Under the pieces are notes generated by a model. The model made no database searches, was not told where the DNA came from, and saw only the letters and a program-made list of their open reading frames with translations. 55,285 nt of DNA from Nemertoderma westbladi (Eukaryota > Animalia > Xenacoelomorpha): positions 1-55,285 of the forward strand of contig JAUCBJ010000408.1 in NCBI GenBank assembly GCA_032718475.1, in the 5' to 3' direction. Shown in pieces: positions 1-12,300 of this stretch. Every line of letters starts with the position of its first letter. Position 1 is the stretch's first letter. The position numbers were made by a program, and so were the translations under genes.

Positions 1-338
1 GTTTCGCCTGCCCTGTGAAAAAATCATGGATCCGCCCCTGAATTGATGCCAAAATATTCGGTTTCAAAACTTCATACTAATGTGTCTTAATTGTCCTGAT
101 CTAATTGTTTTGCTCCTTTATAATGCTTTTATCACAGAATTTAGGATTTGTAACAATACCAGCTATTTATCAAAAAGACCATTTATCATTTATAACCGGC
201 ACCAAAAGTAACTAATGCCATTTACGGTACCATTTAACATTATCGAATTTCTTGCAATTGCATCCATTTGTGCAATACTAACATCTATTGCTAACATCGT
301 TATATCTGTCCATCACTGCAACTACATCCACTTTCTAG

Positions 339-3300
339 GTGATTGCTCTATGGCTGTCGCAGGGGGCGTCAACTTTATACTAGACCCCGATGTATTTGTT
401 AATCTCAGTAGAGCCAGGATGGTTTCCCCTACTGGTTTGTGTCAACCTTGGTCATCAGCAGCTGATGGGTAAGTAAACACAACACCAGTTCAATTGATAT
501 TGTTGACCAGTAAAAAGGTATCACATGTTGCTCAAAGGTATTTGAGCAACCATTATTAATATTTAATTCTTAAAATATGTTTTATTCGAGATATTTTCAT
601 GTTTCGATATTTTTCAATATAACCATCACGAGGACGAGAGGTGAATTAATATCTCGTCTCAATGTTATATTATCAATCTAAAGAAAAGAACAGGTTATAG
701 CGGCGCGTTATTCCAACCAAAACAATAAACTATAGTCCAGAGAACAGGTTACAGTTATATTTCTGAGAGTAATCAGCTGTTATTTGCGCTGATTTTCACC
801 TGGAGAGGGATGGATTTTGATTCATTGCGTCCAGTTTCCAAGTCCATCTTTTCTGATTAATATACTTTGGAAATATCTTTAGATATGTTCGCGGCGAAGG
901 ATGTGGAATCCTGGTTCTAAAACCTCTTCACAAGGCTATCACTGATAAAGATAGAATATGGGCTGTTATACAAACTGGTTCAAATCAAGATGGTCATACA
1001 ACAACTCCAATAACCGCACCATCCGGGGTAAGTTATCTATTATCATAATATATCTGGAACATAACTTAACCATTTTATACCTGCGGTCAATGAATCTTTT
1101 AACAACTGAGAATACATATTCAGTTCATATGGTCAACTTTTGTAATGCTAGAAAATATGCCGCTCTAGTAAAATAAATAAGATGCACCGCGCCGGAGGTT
1201 GATGGCTTACCACACCCTCAATTTATTTACTAATTTTTAAATAAATTTAAATAAAAATAATTTACTTTGCTATCCGGACAGGAGACCTTCGAAATTTATG
1301 AAGACATATAGAGTTTATTACCATTTTTCACTTCCCTCATTTTGGTGCGCAGAAATGTTGGTATATCTGTTTGTAGCACAAAATATTATTGAAATGTGGT
1401 TGCACCAATTCCTCTATCCAGTTTCAAAAATAATAAAAAAACTTTATTATCTTCCAGAATTTAAATATTTGATTTATTTATTTTAAATTTTCACATAAAT
1501 GAGGGAGGTGAAAATGGTGCTCAAGTCCCTAATCAGCCTAAATCTGCTGGCATTGCTTCCCAAAGGCGATCGAATTGCAAAGACTCTTTGAACAAGTACC
1601 GAGTTTGTACACAGTAAGAGTAACTAACTTTTTTTTTCGTTTTTAGATGCAGCAACAAGCCTTAATGCGTCAGGTTTATACCAAAATAAACGTGGACCCT
1701 GCAGACATTCAGTACATTGAGGCCCACGGTACCGGTACGCCAGTTGGTGACCCCATAGAGGCGAGATCGTTAGGAGAAGTTATTGGTCGATCTCGGCCAG
1801 ACGACGCCCCGCCATGTTGGATGGGTTCAGTGAAGAGTAATATCGGACACCTGGAGTCTGCAGCAGGTACTGTGTAATCGTTTTATTGTTAATATTTTAT
1901 AATATTGAAAATCATATTAGGCTTTTGTCATCATAATATACCTCAGATTAATTGCATATCGAATGACAACCTCCACCATGCTTGGTGCCTTTATACGATG
2001 ACAAATATTTTTAATCAATAAATTTCCGAACAGCAGTACTAACTTTTACGAGGTTACTTTATCATATCATACTAGACCTCAATTCTGTTCATTTTGTCTT
2101 ATGATATGTGGAAATGTCGAAGTACAAATACCTTTTCCCTTTTTCACCTTTTCGACTTATGTGTGTATAGTTGAAGAATGGTTAATTATTTTGGGGATAC
2201 AAAAATTAATAGCTGAATAGGGTTGGTGCGCGAAAAAATGTTGGCCTAGAAACAATTGACTAAGGGGTAGGTAACAAGGTGCCCTGAATCGAGTGGCGAG
2301 GTGTGTTTTTTGTAAAAAACGCGAGGAAACGGTCGAAATGGAGGGTTTAATGGTTGATGGTGGAAGACAATTTTGAAAATCGGCTTTGATTGGCTGCTAC
2401 ATATTTGACGTCATTACAAAGTGCTCTGATAATTTTTTATCTTGGTTTCTATGGATAGAGATTTTCGATTGATTCAAATACACATTAAATCTCAATCATT
2501 TCACATGTGGCTTATATCAATTGAAAGCTAAGAGTCTTGCGCGTCTTTTGGCACTACACAACCCGCCACTCGATTCAGACACCTTGTTATCCCTTATTCG
2601 ATTGTTTCGAGCCCAACAATTTTTCGCGCACCAACCATATTGTGTTATTTTATGTGCGATGGATATGGAATTTAATTCTTTCTTTACTATTACAGATTTT
2701 ATAATATAAAAATAACACAATTATTTTAATTTAGGTGTTGCTGGAATAATTAAAATATTGCTGATGATGAGATATGGCAAAATAGTTCCAACGTTACATT
2801 ACTCAGATGATAAATGCAATAAGAACATCGATTTTCAGTATCTGCGAACCAGAGTTCCGACTTCGGTGGAAGACTGGCCAATTGATAAGTTTACTGGGAG
2901 GCTCGCTTGTGCAAACTCTTTCGGTTATGGAGGGAGCAACTCCCATGCCATTATCAGTCAGTACTTTCTTCCCAAACAACCCGACCTTCTCAACCGAACT
3001 GATGTAGTTTGCATCAGTGGCAACACTTCCACTACTGTGAAGGCCATTGCATCTGATATGATAGATAAGCTACGGCAGGGTGTAGATGACCAGTCTAGAT
3101 ATACTTACAGTCTCCAAGACATCGCCTACACCTCCTGTTGCCGCAGAACTCATTATAAATTCAGATTGGCGATAAAAGCCGCGAGTTTGAAACAGTTAGA
3201 AGATAATTTGAGTAAATCGATTGAATTGGAGTTACCGAAACCGGAAACTGCCAATATAAATACAATTTTTGTTTTTTGTGGAATGGGTGCGAATTGGGCA

Positions 3301-6300
3301 GGGATGTGTACAGAGTTATTGAAGGTTGAGAAAGTGTTCTCCAATAAAATTTATGAAATTGATAAGCACTTCAAGGAGATAAGCGGGGGTATGAGCATTG
3401 TTGATAGACTTCAACAGAAGATTGATGATAAAGATCCAAAATGGTCTCAACCTATTCTGTTCGCCTGTGAAGTTGGATTGGTGGCATTGTGGAAGTCATG
3501 GGGAATCGAACCTAATGTAGTTCTTGGTCATTCTGTTGGGGAGGTCGCCGCAGCACATGCTTCTGGGATGCTGACGTTGAATCAAGCAGTCCAGATCATC
3601 TACCACCGCGGTCGTCTGCAAGCCGAAGTTACGGGAGGAAAAATGATGGTCGTGGGGAAGCTACCGGTGGAAGAGTGTCGAAACATGTTGATGGAATACG
3701 ATGGTAAAATAGTCATAGCCGCGGAAAATAGTCCTACCGGTTTTACAATCAGTGGCGATGCTGACATTATAGATGAATTTGTCGCAAAATTAACAGCACT
3801 CAATGAGGCAGAGAATAGGGGACTTTTTATTCGTGTCTTGGACGTGCCTTCGGCTTACCATAGTCATCATATAGACCCTATATGCGATAGGCTGACAGAA
3901 TCATTAAAGGATCTAAGACTTCGTTCGGATAAAGTACGAATAATTTCTACAGTGTCTGGGGAACATGCGTCCCGTTTAGACTTCGGACGGCCGAGATATT
4001 GGGCTGATAATATGCGGAGACCTGTTCTGTTCAGACAGGCAGTCTCCAGGGCGTTGGAACAAAATTCAAACAATGTATTCATTGAGATTGGCCCTCAGCC
4101 AGCACTCAGAATGTACATAAGAGAAATAGCCGAAGGGATAAAATACTCCTTAATTCCATCGATGAAGCGGAATTTAGAAAGGGAATGTATACTTCAGTCG
4201 GTCTGTGAATTATATCAAATGGGTTTCAATCCTAAATGGATTGCTTTTTATAAAGATCGACAACGCTATCCTGTTGATATACCGCGCTATAAATTCAAAT
4301 TGCAGAAGTTGTTTTTCTCCCCAGAGGTAAACATTGCCAGACGTATGGGAGGTTCTAAATCTTCACATTCGTATTCCCATCCTTATGTGGAAAAAATACC
4401 TGGCGAGAAATTATTGTTTAGAACAACAATCAGTAAAGACAACTTGGCTACTGCTTACTTGTACCAACATGTGTTTGCTGGTGCAATTATTGTACCAGGT
4501 GCATTTTTTACGGAGGTGGGTCTCGCATGTACTACAAAATCCTTTGGTGAAAAATGTAAACCAGAAAATGTACGTCTAGATATAACATTTTTGTATCCTC
4601 TACAGTTAAACGCAGAGATGAAAACAATTGTTATAACTGAAGTTTTTCTGGACGAAAACTCTAACTCATGTACGTATGCTATTTCTAAAGATGGAACAGT
4701 TCATTGTCAAGGTAATGCCATATTCAATGAAAATCACAGAACATTGACTCATGTAGATATTGAAGCTATCGCACGTCGTTGTACAACAGATGTAGCTCTT
4801 GATGAAATGTATCAGTTTTTAGAGGATTTTGATTTTTACTTTGGACCATTGTTTAAAGCATACCGTCACGGCACTGCTAAACGATATAAATTTAAGGAAT
4901 CTTTGGTGAAAATAGATTTAGCCGAGGAAATATATTCTCAATCGCGTAAAACTTACTTACATCCTGTAGTTTTGGACAATTTACTTCGAATGACTGGCAT
5001 CATGTTCTTCGGTTTAGGTGACTCCAGCACAGAGCGCTTCCTACCACGGCGTCTGCATAGTGTGATTGTACGGAAACCTTGTGTGTCTAGTATGTGGAGT
5101 TATATCTGCCATGTTTTTGATGATGAAAGTTGTAACATATCCAATGGAATTGTGTTTGACGAACATGGTGACGTGATTATTGAAGTGCGTGGATATTTAT
5201 GTGCGAATATCGGTAATATGCCAAGGATTGCCGAAAGGTTTGCTTATAAATCTACCTGGATCTCTCCACCGGAACTTAGTTTGGATGTATTTAAGATGGG
5301 TGTGGAACATGTTAAAGACACCTCTATTTCATGTGTTAAAGATGTCAAAGCACTTATTTTTGCGGATCCGAGTGGAATTGGGCATAAGTTATTTGATAAA
5401 TTATCCAACTCTAGCCAGATTATCAAACTTTCTGAGTTTAAAAAAACCGATTGGGAAACAAATGAAGATGCTCTGAATACATTATTTATCCAAAATAATA
5501 TAAATATTAATGAATTTGATGTGATTCTTCATCTATGGAATATTAATTTATTGATTTTTGATGATCGAGATATAGAAGAAATAATGGAATACATATTTAT
5601 TGGCTGTGCAAGTTTAAGGCAGTTGATGAAGTTGACACAATCAGATTTTAATGTTCCTCTCAAAATTATTACAACTACATCTCAAATCAGTTTCTGCGAC
5701 GATGACCGTTTCCGATATAGAGCTGCCAACTTTAACAAAGATGACACATTGCTTCCAAGGTGCCTCGAAAGCGCTTCAGTTTGGGGTATGGCCAGGACTC
5801 TTATTAAGGAAACTTTGTCGTGGGACATACAAGTAGTCGAGCTAGCACACCCAAATGAAACTGAGCAAGAAATGTTTTTGCAGGAGTTAGTTGACAATAA
5901 CTACTGCAAGTTTTGTGAGGTTTTGTTTCACAACCGTAGTGTGTTTGTTCACGAATATATGAGGCTGGGTCCAGATGAAGGAATTAATACACATCGTGAA
6001 AACTGTGGTTCTAGAAACAATCAACTTGTTGTTAAGTCTTCGCATTCCGAATTTATTCAGAACATACATGCAACAATAGATGAAGAGGAAGAAATTCGTC
6101 AAGAAAGTCTCAAAGTTATTGTTTCAATTGACACTGCAACATTTCATCAACACAAACTATATCCATACACTTTTGAACAAGCTGATAACACCAAACAATT
6201 TCTTTGGCCTTATGATAATTCAGATAATTATTCGTTAGTTGCTTTGGACCTTTCTGGTTCAATAATTAAGCCAAAAGGAAAAAGCGCTTGGAAATCTGGT

Positions 6301-9300
6301 GAAAAAGTTATTGTTTGTGGACCTCATCAAATATCGTCGCAACTAGCTGTTCCAATTGGTCAGGTTATTCGAAAGAGTGATATTCCACCGAATATAAACT
6401 GTTACTGTTTGTCATACTATTTTTTTGCTTGGGAGTTACTTTGTAATAAGTTATATATAAAGAAAGGGAACACTGTCCTTCTTATAGGTAACAAAAATAC
6501 CAATTTTATTGTTGGTGTTGTTAAGATGTGTATTGAGCAGCAAAATGGAACAGTAATATTCGATGAGACAAATATGCCAAACAATAAAATTGATTATATT
6601 ATTACTTTTGATGGTATTACTTCTGATATTTTGGATAAACTTGGTGAGAATATCCACCATTCAACGAAATGTGCCATAGTTCAATCTGTGGGAAAGTCAG
6701 TCCATCAAAGCCCTATATTTGGCCAGGTGCAATATATTATGGTGAACCCAATTGAAATACTTCAAAATAGCAATATTGAGATGAACTTGGAGAAGGCCCT
6801 TAATTGGTTAAAACCAAACAAACAGAATTTAAAAAAACCAACATTTTGTATACCTATCAAAATGCTACATTTGAAATCTTCAAAAATGCCTGCCAATTTT
6901 ACTGGTTTGGAAAATTTTGAAATACCGGAAAACAACTCAGTGATCTCAAACAAAGCCGTTTCTGTGCTTGATTTATTTTCAACCATCGATGATGATTGTA
7001 TAGTGAATAACAATACAGTTCCAATAAAAGTTACAAAGAAAAATTTGTTTCGAGTCAATTGCAGTTACATTGTAGTTGGTGGCAATAGTGGACTGGGTAA
7101 AGAGATTGTTGGGTATCTGGCTTCAAGAAACGCAGGTTTTATTGTATCGATGTCAAGATCACCTCCTTCTTCTCAAGTGAGAGAATATTTTGATGGTTTA
7201 CAAAAAACATATAATGTAAAAGTTTATTCAGTAACTGCGGATGTAACAAGCTATCAAAGTCTACAAAGAGCCATCGAATCTTTATATGAAAAAACGGACA
7301 ATAGAGAAATCAAAGGTATATTTAATGGAGCTGTTGTTTTAAAAGATGTCATGATTCAAAATCAGACACATGCTGATTTTGTTGAAGGATCCAGTACAAA
7401 AATAAGAGGTGCATGGAACCTGCATATTTTATCTAAAAAAATGAAACTCAAACTGGATTACTTTGTTATGCACTCCAGTACAGCCTCGGTATTTGGTAAT
7501 GTTGGACAGTCATCGTATGCTACCGGTAATGCCTTCATGGATGGTTTATCTTTACACAGACGTCAGCTAAATCTCCCTTCGATTTGCATCAATTGGAATG
7601 TTCTTAATGTTGGTGTGGTAGTAGGCAATGAGGCTGCACTCCGAATTTTTAGTCAGATTGGTTTTATTGGGCTCGAAATTAATGACATCTTGATGTGCTT
7701 GGATTACGCTCTTTTGTTAAACTTTGCTCAGGTATCATTCGGTAATTATGACTGGGGACAATTTTACAAGGCTGCATTAGCATCACCGATGCTTCGAAGC
7801 GGCAGTCAGAAGATGAGAAGTGTTATGGAAGAAGGATATAAACTAACTGGAGGCTTGGAATCGTTTGGCCCTGAATTAGGTTTGGATAGCCAGGGCTCCG
7901 CAATATCAGATATCATTAACAGTGAAGGGGGGAACCGAATAAATGCTATTGAGACTTACCTAATTCATCTGGTCAGTTTGATTTTTGCCATTGAAATTGG
8001 AACTTTTAATAGTGAAACCTCTATTTTAAGTATGGGCTTAGATTCCATGTTGGCAATGAACTTTATTTCCAGGATCAGAGATTCCCTAAAAGTTAACCTG
8101 CAAGTTGCAACACTTCTTAATGGTGACACCAATATCGTGTCACTTACAAAATTGATATTTGATGGCCTTCCAGGTAGTGGGAAATTCGTTCAAAATTCAG
8201 AAGTTGAAGAAATCAAACTGCAAGACTACTTTACACTGGTTCAGTTTAAACAATACGAATTACAGAAAGCTGAACCAGAATGCATTGCTCAGCATATATT
8301 GACTACGTTCTATCTATATGATACAAACTGTGATCCTGCATTTTGGAAAAAGTTATTAAAACATAGTATAGACAGATATCCTGTATTCAGGACAACTGTT
8401 GAAAAGACACCAGTAACTAAACTGCACAAGTATGGAGTAAAACCAAAAATTAACAACGAATATGAAGTACAATTCGTACAGATCGAAGGCTCAACAGATG
8501 CGGAGGAGGCTTTAAGAGCCATTGAAATTCAGGCTAAAATGCCCTTTGATTTAGATAATGTTATCCCTATAAGAATGTGCTTCGCCCAACTGGATAGCAC
8601 TCGAGCTTATATGGGTCTAGTATTTCACCACATGTCCGTTGATGCTTTTTCTGTGAGCCATTTTTTGCATGACCTTTTGTCATCACAGAAATACTTCTCA
8701 GCTGGCGCCGAACCACCACCAAGAAGACATGTCTATGAGCTTGGGAACCTGCAGCACGCGAGGGATACCCTGGTGGAGGAAACACGAACAACACTTGAGA
8801 GTTTCTGGAAGACGGCGATAACTAAGGACATGGATACATTTACAAGTATTCCATTTGCCAAACAACCTCGACCCGAAAAATTTGACAAGAATCAAGGAGG
8901 GACAATTAGAAAAGAGATGCCACACAATTATATTGATTCAGTCAATAAGTTTTTGGATGAACATAAAGTAACACTGTTTCAGCTGTGTATGTCGACTTAT
9001 CAATTACTTTTGCATAGATACTCCGGGCAAAAACATATCATAGTGAGTGCCCCGGTTGATACAAGGATGTCATTTCCTCAGTTTGCAGATGTAGTGGGAT
9101 GCGCAAGTAACGACACACCGATTGTGGCTGAGTTTACTGATCCAAAAGAAACATTCATGGGTTTTCTTAAACGGATGCAAGTAGTAATGAACCAATCATT
9201 AGAACATAGTTTACTATCAGCATATGACATTGCTCGTGTTTGTTCTGTGAAGGAAGATGGATCAATGAACTCTATTTATCAGCACGCTGTGGTTTTGGAC

Positions 9301-12300
9301 GAAAGGAATTTGTATCTGGGAGGAACTCGTCAATTCGACAAAAAATTAGCGGGTATGTTACAAGGCACCGATTTGCTGGAAATCCGTTTGTTAGGTGCCT
9401 TTTTAGATACACGTTTACTAATTAATAGGGATTCGGGAAAGCAAGCTTTACAAATAGTACTCAATTACAACGAAACCATATTTTCAGAAACGGATGGTGA
9501 GAAAATATTTGGCGATTTTTGCGAACTTCTATTGTTTTTGACTAAGAATCCCGAGGCATCATTATCTGATACACCGATAGATTCAGAAGCGCCTAAACGC
9601 CTATTGCTTGATGGGTGCGCCCCGAGTTTGGAATGCTTGGTTGATATGCACACAAGCATAGATAAATATGACTCTGATGTGTTTAAAACGTTAAACAACA
9701 CAGACTACACATTTGATACTGACACAACTATCATTAAGATGTATGCGGAAGTTGTCAAAGAACACCCTGATCAACCTTCAGTGATATGTGATAAATATAC
9801 ATTGAAACATAAACAGATTGATAAAAAATCTAATGCTTTAGCTAATATGATAATAAAACGTTTGGTCCAAAGTGAAGCTACTGAAAATATATTTGCTATT
9901 CTACACGATTCAATAGATTCATTGCTGTCTTGCTTAGCTATATGGAAATTGGGTCTAACAATCGTACCAATTAACTCAGATTTGCCAATTCAAACGTTTG
10001 ACCAAGTAATTGCGAACATAACTTTAAGGGATCCAATAATTGTCACAACCAAGAGCTTGTATGCCTCAATGGTTGGGCTCCAAAAAAAGAAGTACAAGCC
10101 TATTATATTCGACTCTAATGATTTACCTGAGGTTGAACTACTATCGCGGATGGACTTTGGCAGTGACTACGCTTGCAGATATTTCCACGATGTTGGCGAC
10201 GGTAAGATTATCATAGTTAATGTGCGACATTCTGCTATACTAAACAGCATGCATTGGGTGTGGGGTAACTTCCCATATAAGGAGTGCGATGTAGAATGTG
10301 TTAAAGCACCCCTGACACACATACAATTCCTATGGGAAGTTTTCTCCGCTCTCCTTAAAAATATCAGGGTCTTGGCAGTTTCTCGGACAACGTTAACCAA
10401 TATGAATTCATTGGTGCGATTTATGCGCGATGTTGGAGTTTCTCGGTTGCATGGCAACACTGATACCTTTTGGAAAACATTTTTAGCTAATGAGGACGTG
10501 GAGAATGGGTCATTGAAAAAGGTACGATTTTCTAAATAAGTTTTTATAATATCTTTATAATATTCAATAAATTGTCGACGGCTACATTTAGTAATTATTA
10601 CGTCCCATACTGTGCTGTAAATGTACAGTGGCAAAGGCAATAAACAATATACTATAATTATTGTCTGTTCGAGAACGGAATATACGGAATACGGAATATA
10701 CCTGAAGCAAATTAATAGGCATCAGTAGTTATACATGATTTATTTGCTGAAGTATAAATTAATATTCTAGAAGTGCATGGATAAACGTCAATATCTTAAT
10801 CTTCAGATCAACCACGCAGGGTGATGCTTGGATTCTTTAGTAGCACACCAAGTTATGCAATATCCTGACTGGATGTTTTATTGTTATTATTGTAATATTT
10901 TATTTATTCTTTCGTTTTAGATTTCCTTATTCTTAACAAAAGCAGGTAAAAGCGTTTCCACGGAAACTCTACATTCGCTACGGAAAACCTTTCCGAATGC
11001 CAACATCCTTAACGTTTACTCGGACATTAGAATTCCAGGCGCCGCATTAACAAACTTATTTGGTCCGACCGATACAATCGATAATTATATTGTTGGTAAA
11101 CCTATTTATAACACCAAAGCTTATATATTGAGGTTGGTATTTTGGATAATAATGTTTAATTTAGGGAGGCATTACTGTAGAAGAACGAAGTACTACTACT
11201 ACTACTACTATCGGCATGCTGCATTGCAGCTGTATTTTTAAGAATGCTGTGCCGGCTTGTCGACAAAATTGCGCCGCCACAACTCCCTATCATTCATGAC
11301 GTTTGCTAGATCATCCGCATAAAAGCTGTGATAAAGCTACCATAAAGGCTGTGATTTCAGTGAATGAAATTTGTAACGTCCGACACATTGTAACGTCCGA
11401 CACTATTATTATTTAATGTATTTAAAGTCTAAATTGCAGTGTGTAGTGTAAAATGCATAAATAAATAAAAATAGGTTTCAATAATTGCGATTTTCGACTC
11501 AAAATTCACACCTTAGTATTTTGATGATATATTTCTCAATTGTTGGTGAAATTTAAAATCTGCAGTGCAATTTAGAAAACCTTTTCGAAAACTAGAATAG
11601 TTGAGCTTCTATTTGAACCCAAAAATATTAATATACCAGTCTTCGGCATTAATTGCAATCAAAAGTAAAATATGTACAATAAAAAGTGTCCTATTTTTGT
11701 AACGTCGACACCTTTTTAAAAGTCAACTGTTTAAGAAGAATAACGTTTCCCAATGCAGGGTATTTGCGATATTCTGAAAGATTTATAAATTGTCCCATTT
11801 ATTCAACGCAATCGGATGTCAAAAATTCAAGTATTTTCGTAAATTTAAAGAAAAACATTCAAAAATCAAGAATGTCCGTAACGTCCGACATCGTGGAATT
11901 GCCCATATAAGAGTACTGGTACTACTACAGCCATAAGTAATCGAACCTTAAGTTTTCTTATCTTACTAAGTAATGAATTTTATGTTACTTCCAATTCCTA
12001 GAAACGCCATTCAACGCTACCCTTACGTATTGGAAGGTCCTCACATGACTTCCGGATCCATGATCCCAAGTAACAGAAGTCGTACATGCTCAAGCATACC
12101 ATCCTTTGAGCTTATGCTCATGCGATCATACATTTCCTAAGGAGTTTCTTAGTTAATTTTTCCAAATCGTAGTCTTCTTGGAGTTACAAAAGGACCGTAT
12201 ACTCAAAGCAGCCCGTGATAAACTGTTGTTAACTGAGGAGCCGTTGGGCTCCCTCTAGTGATTCTGAGAGTACTCCTAAGTCATCCGCAAAGTTTAGGAA

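Noticed and set aside
10522-10539. PKS ending at the ORF-track stop (VRFSK*)
   Set aside because: A donor at 10522 and in-phase downstream exons continue the A-domain similarity, so the stop is probably intronic.
339-10539. Bacterial or fungal contaminant origin of the PKS contig
   Set aside because: Spliceosomal introns contain repeats shared with the rest of the window, and BEL/Pao elements and a class A GPCR indicate a metazoan genome.
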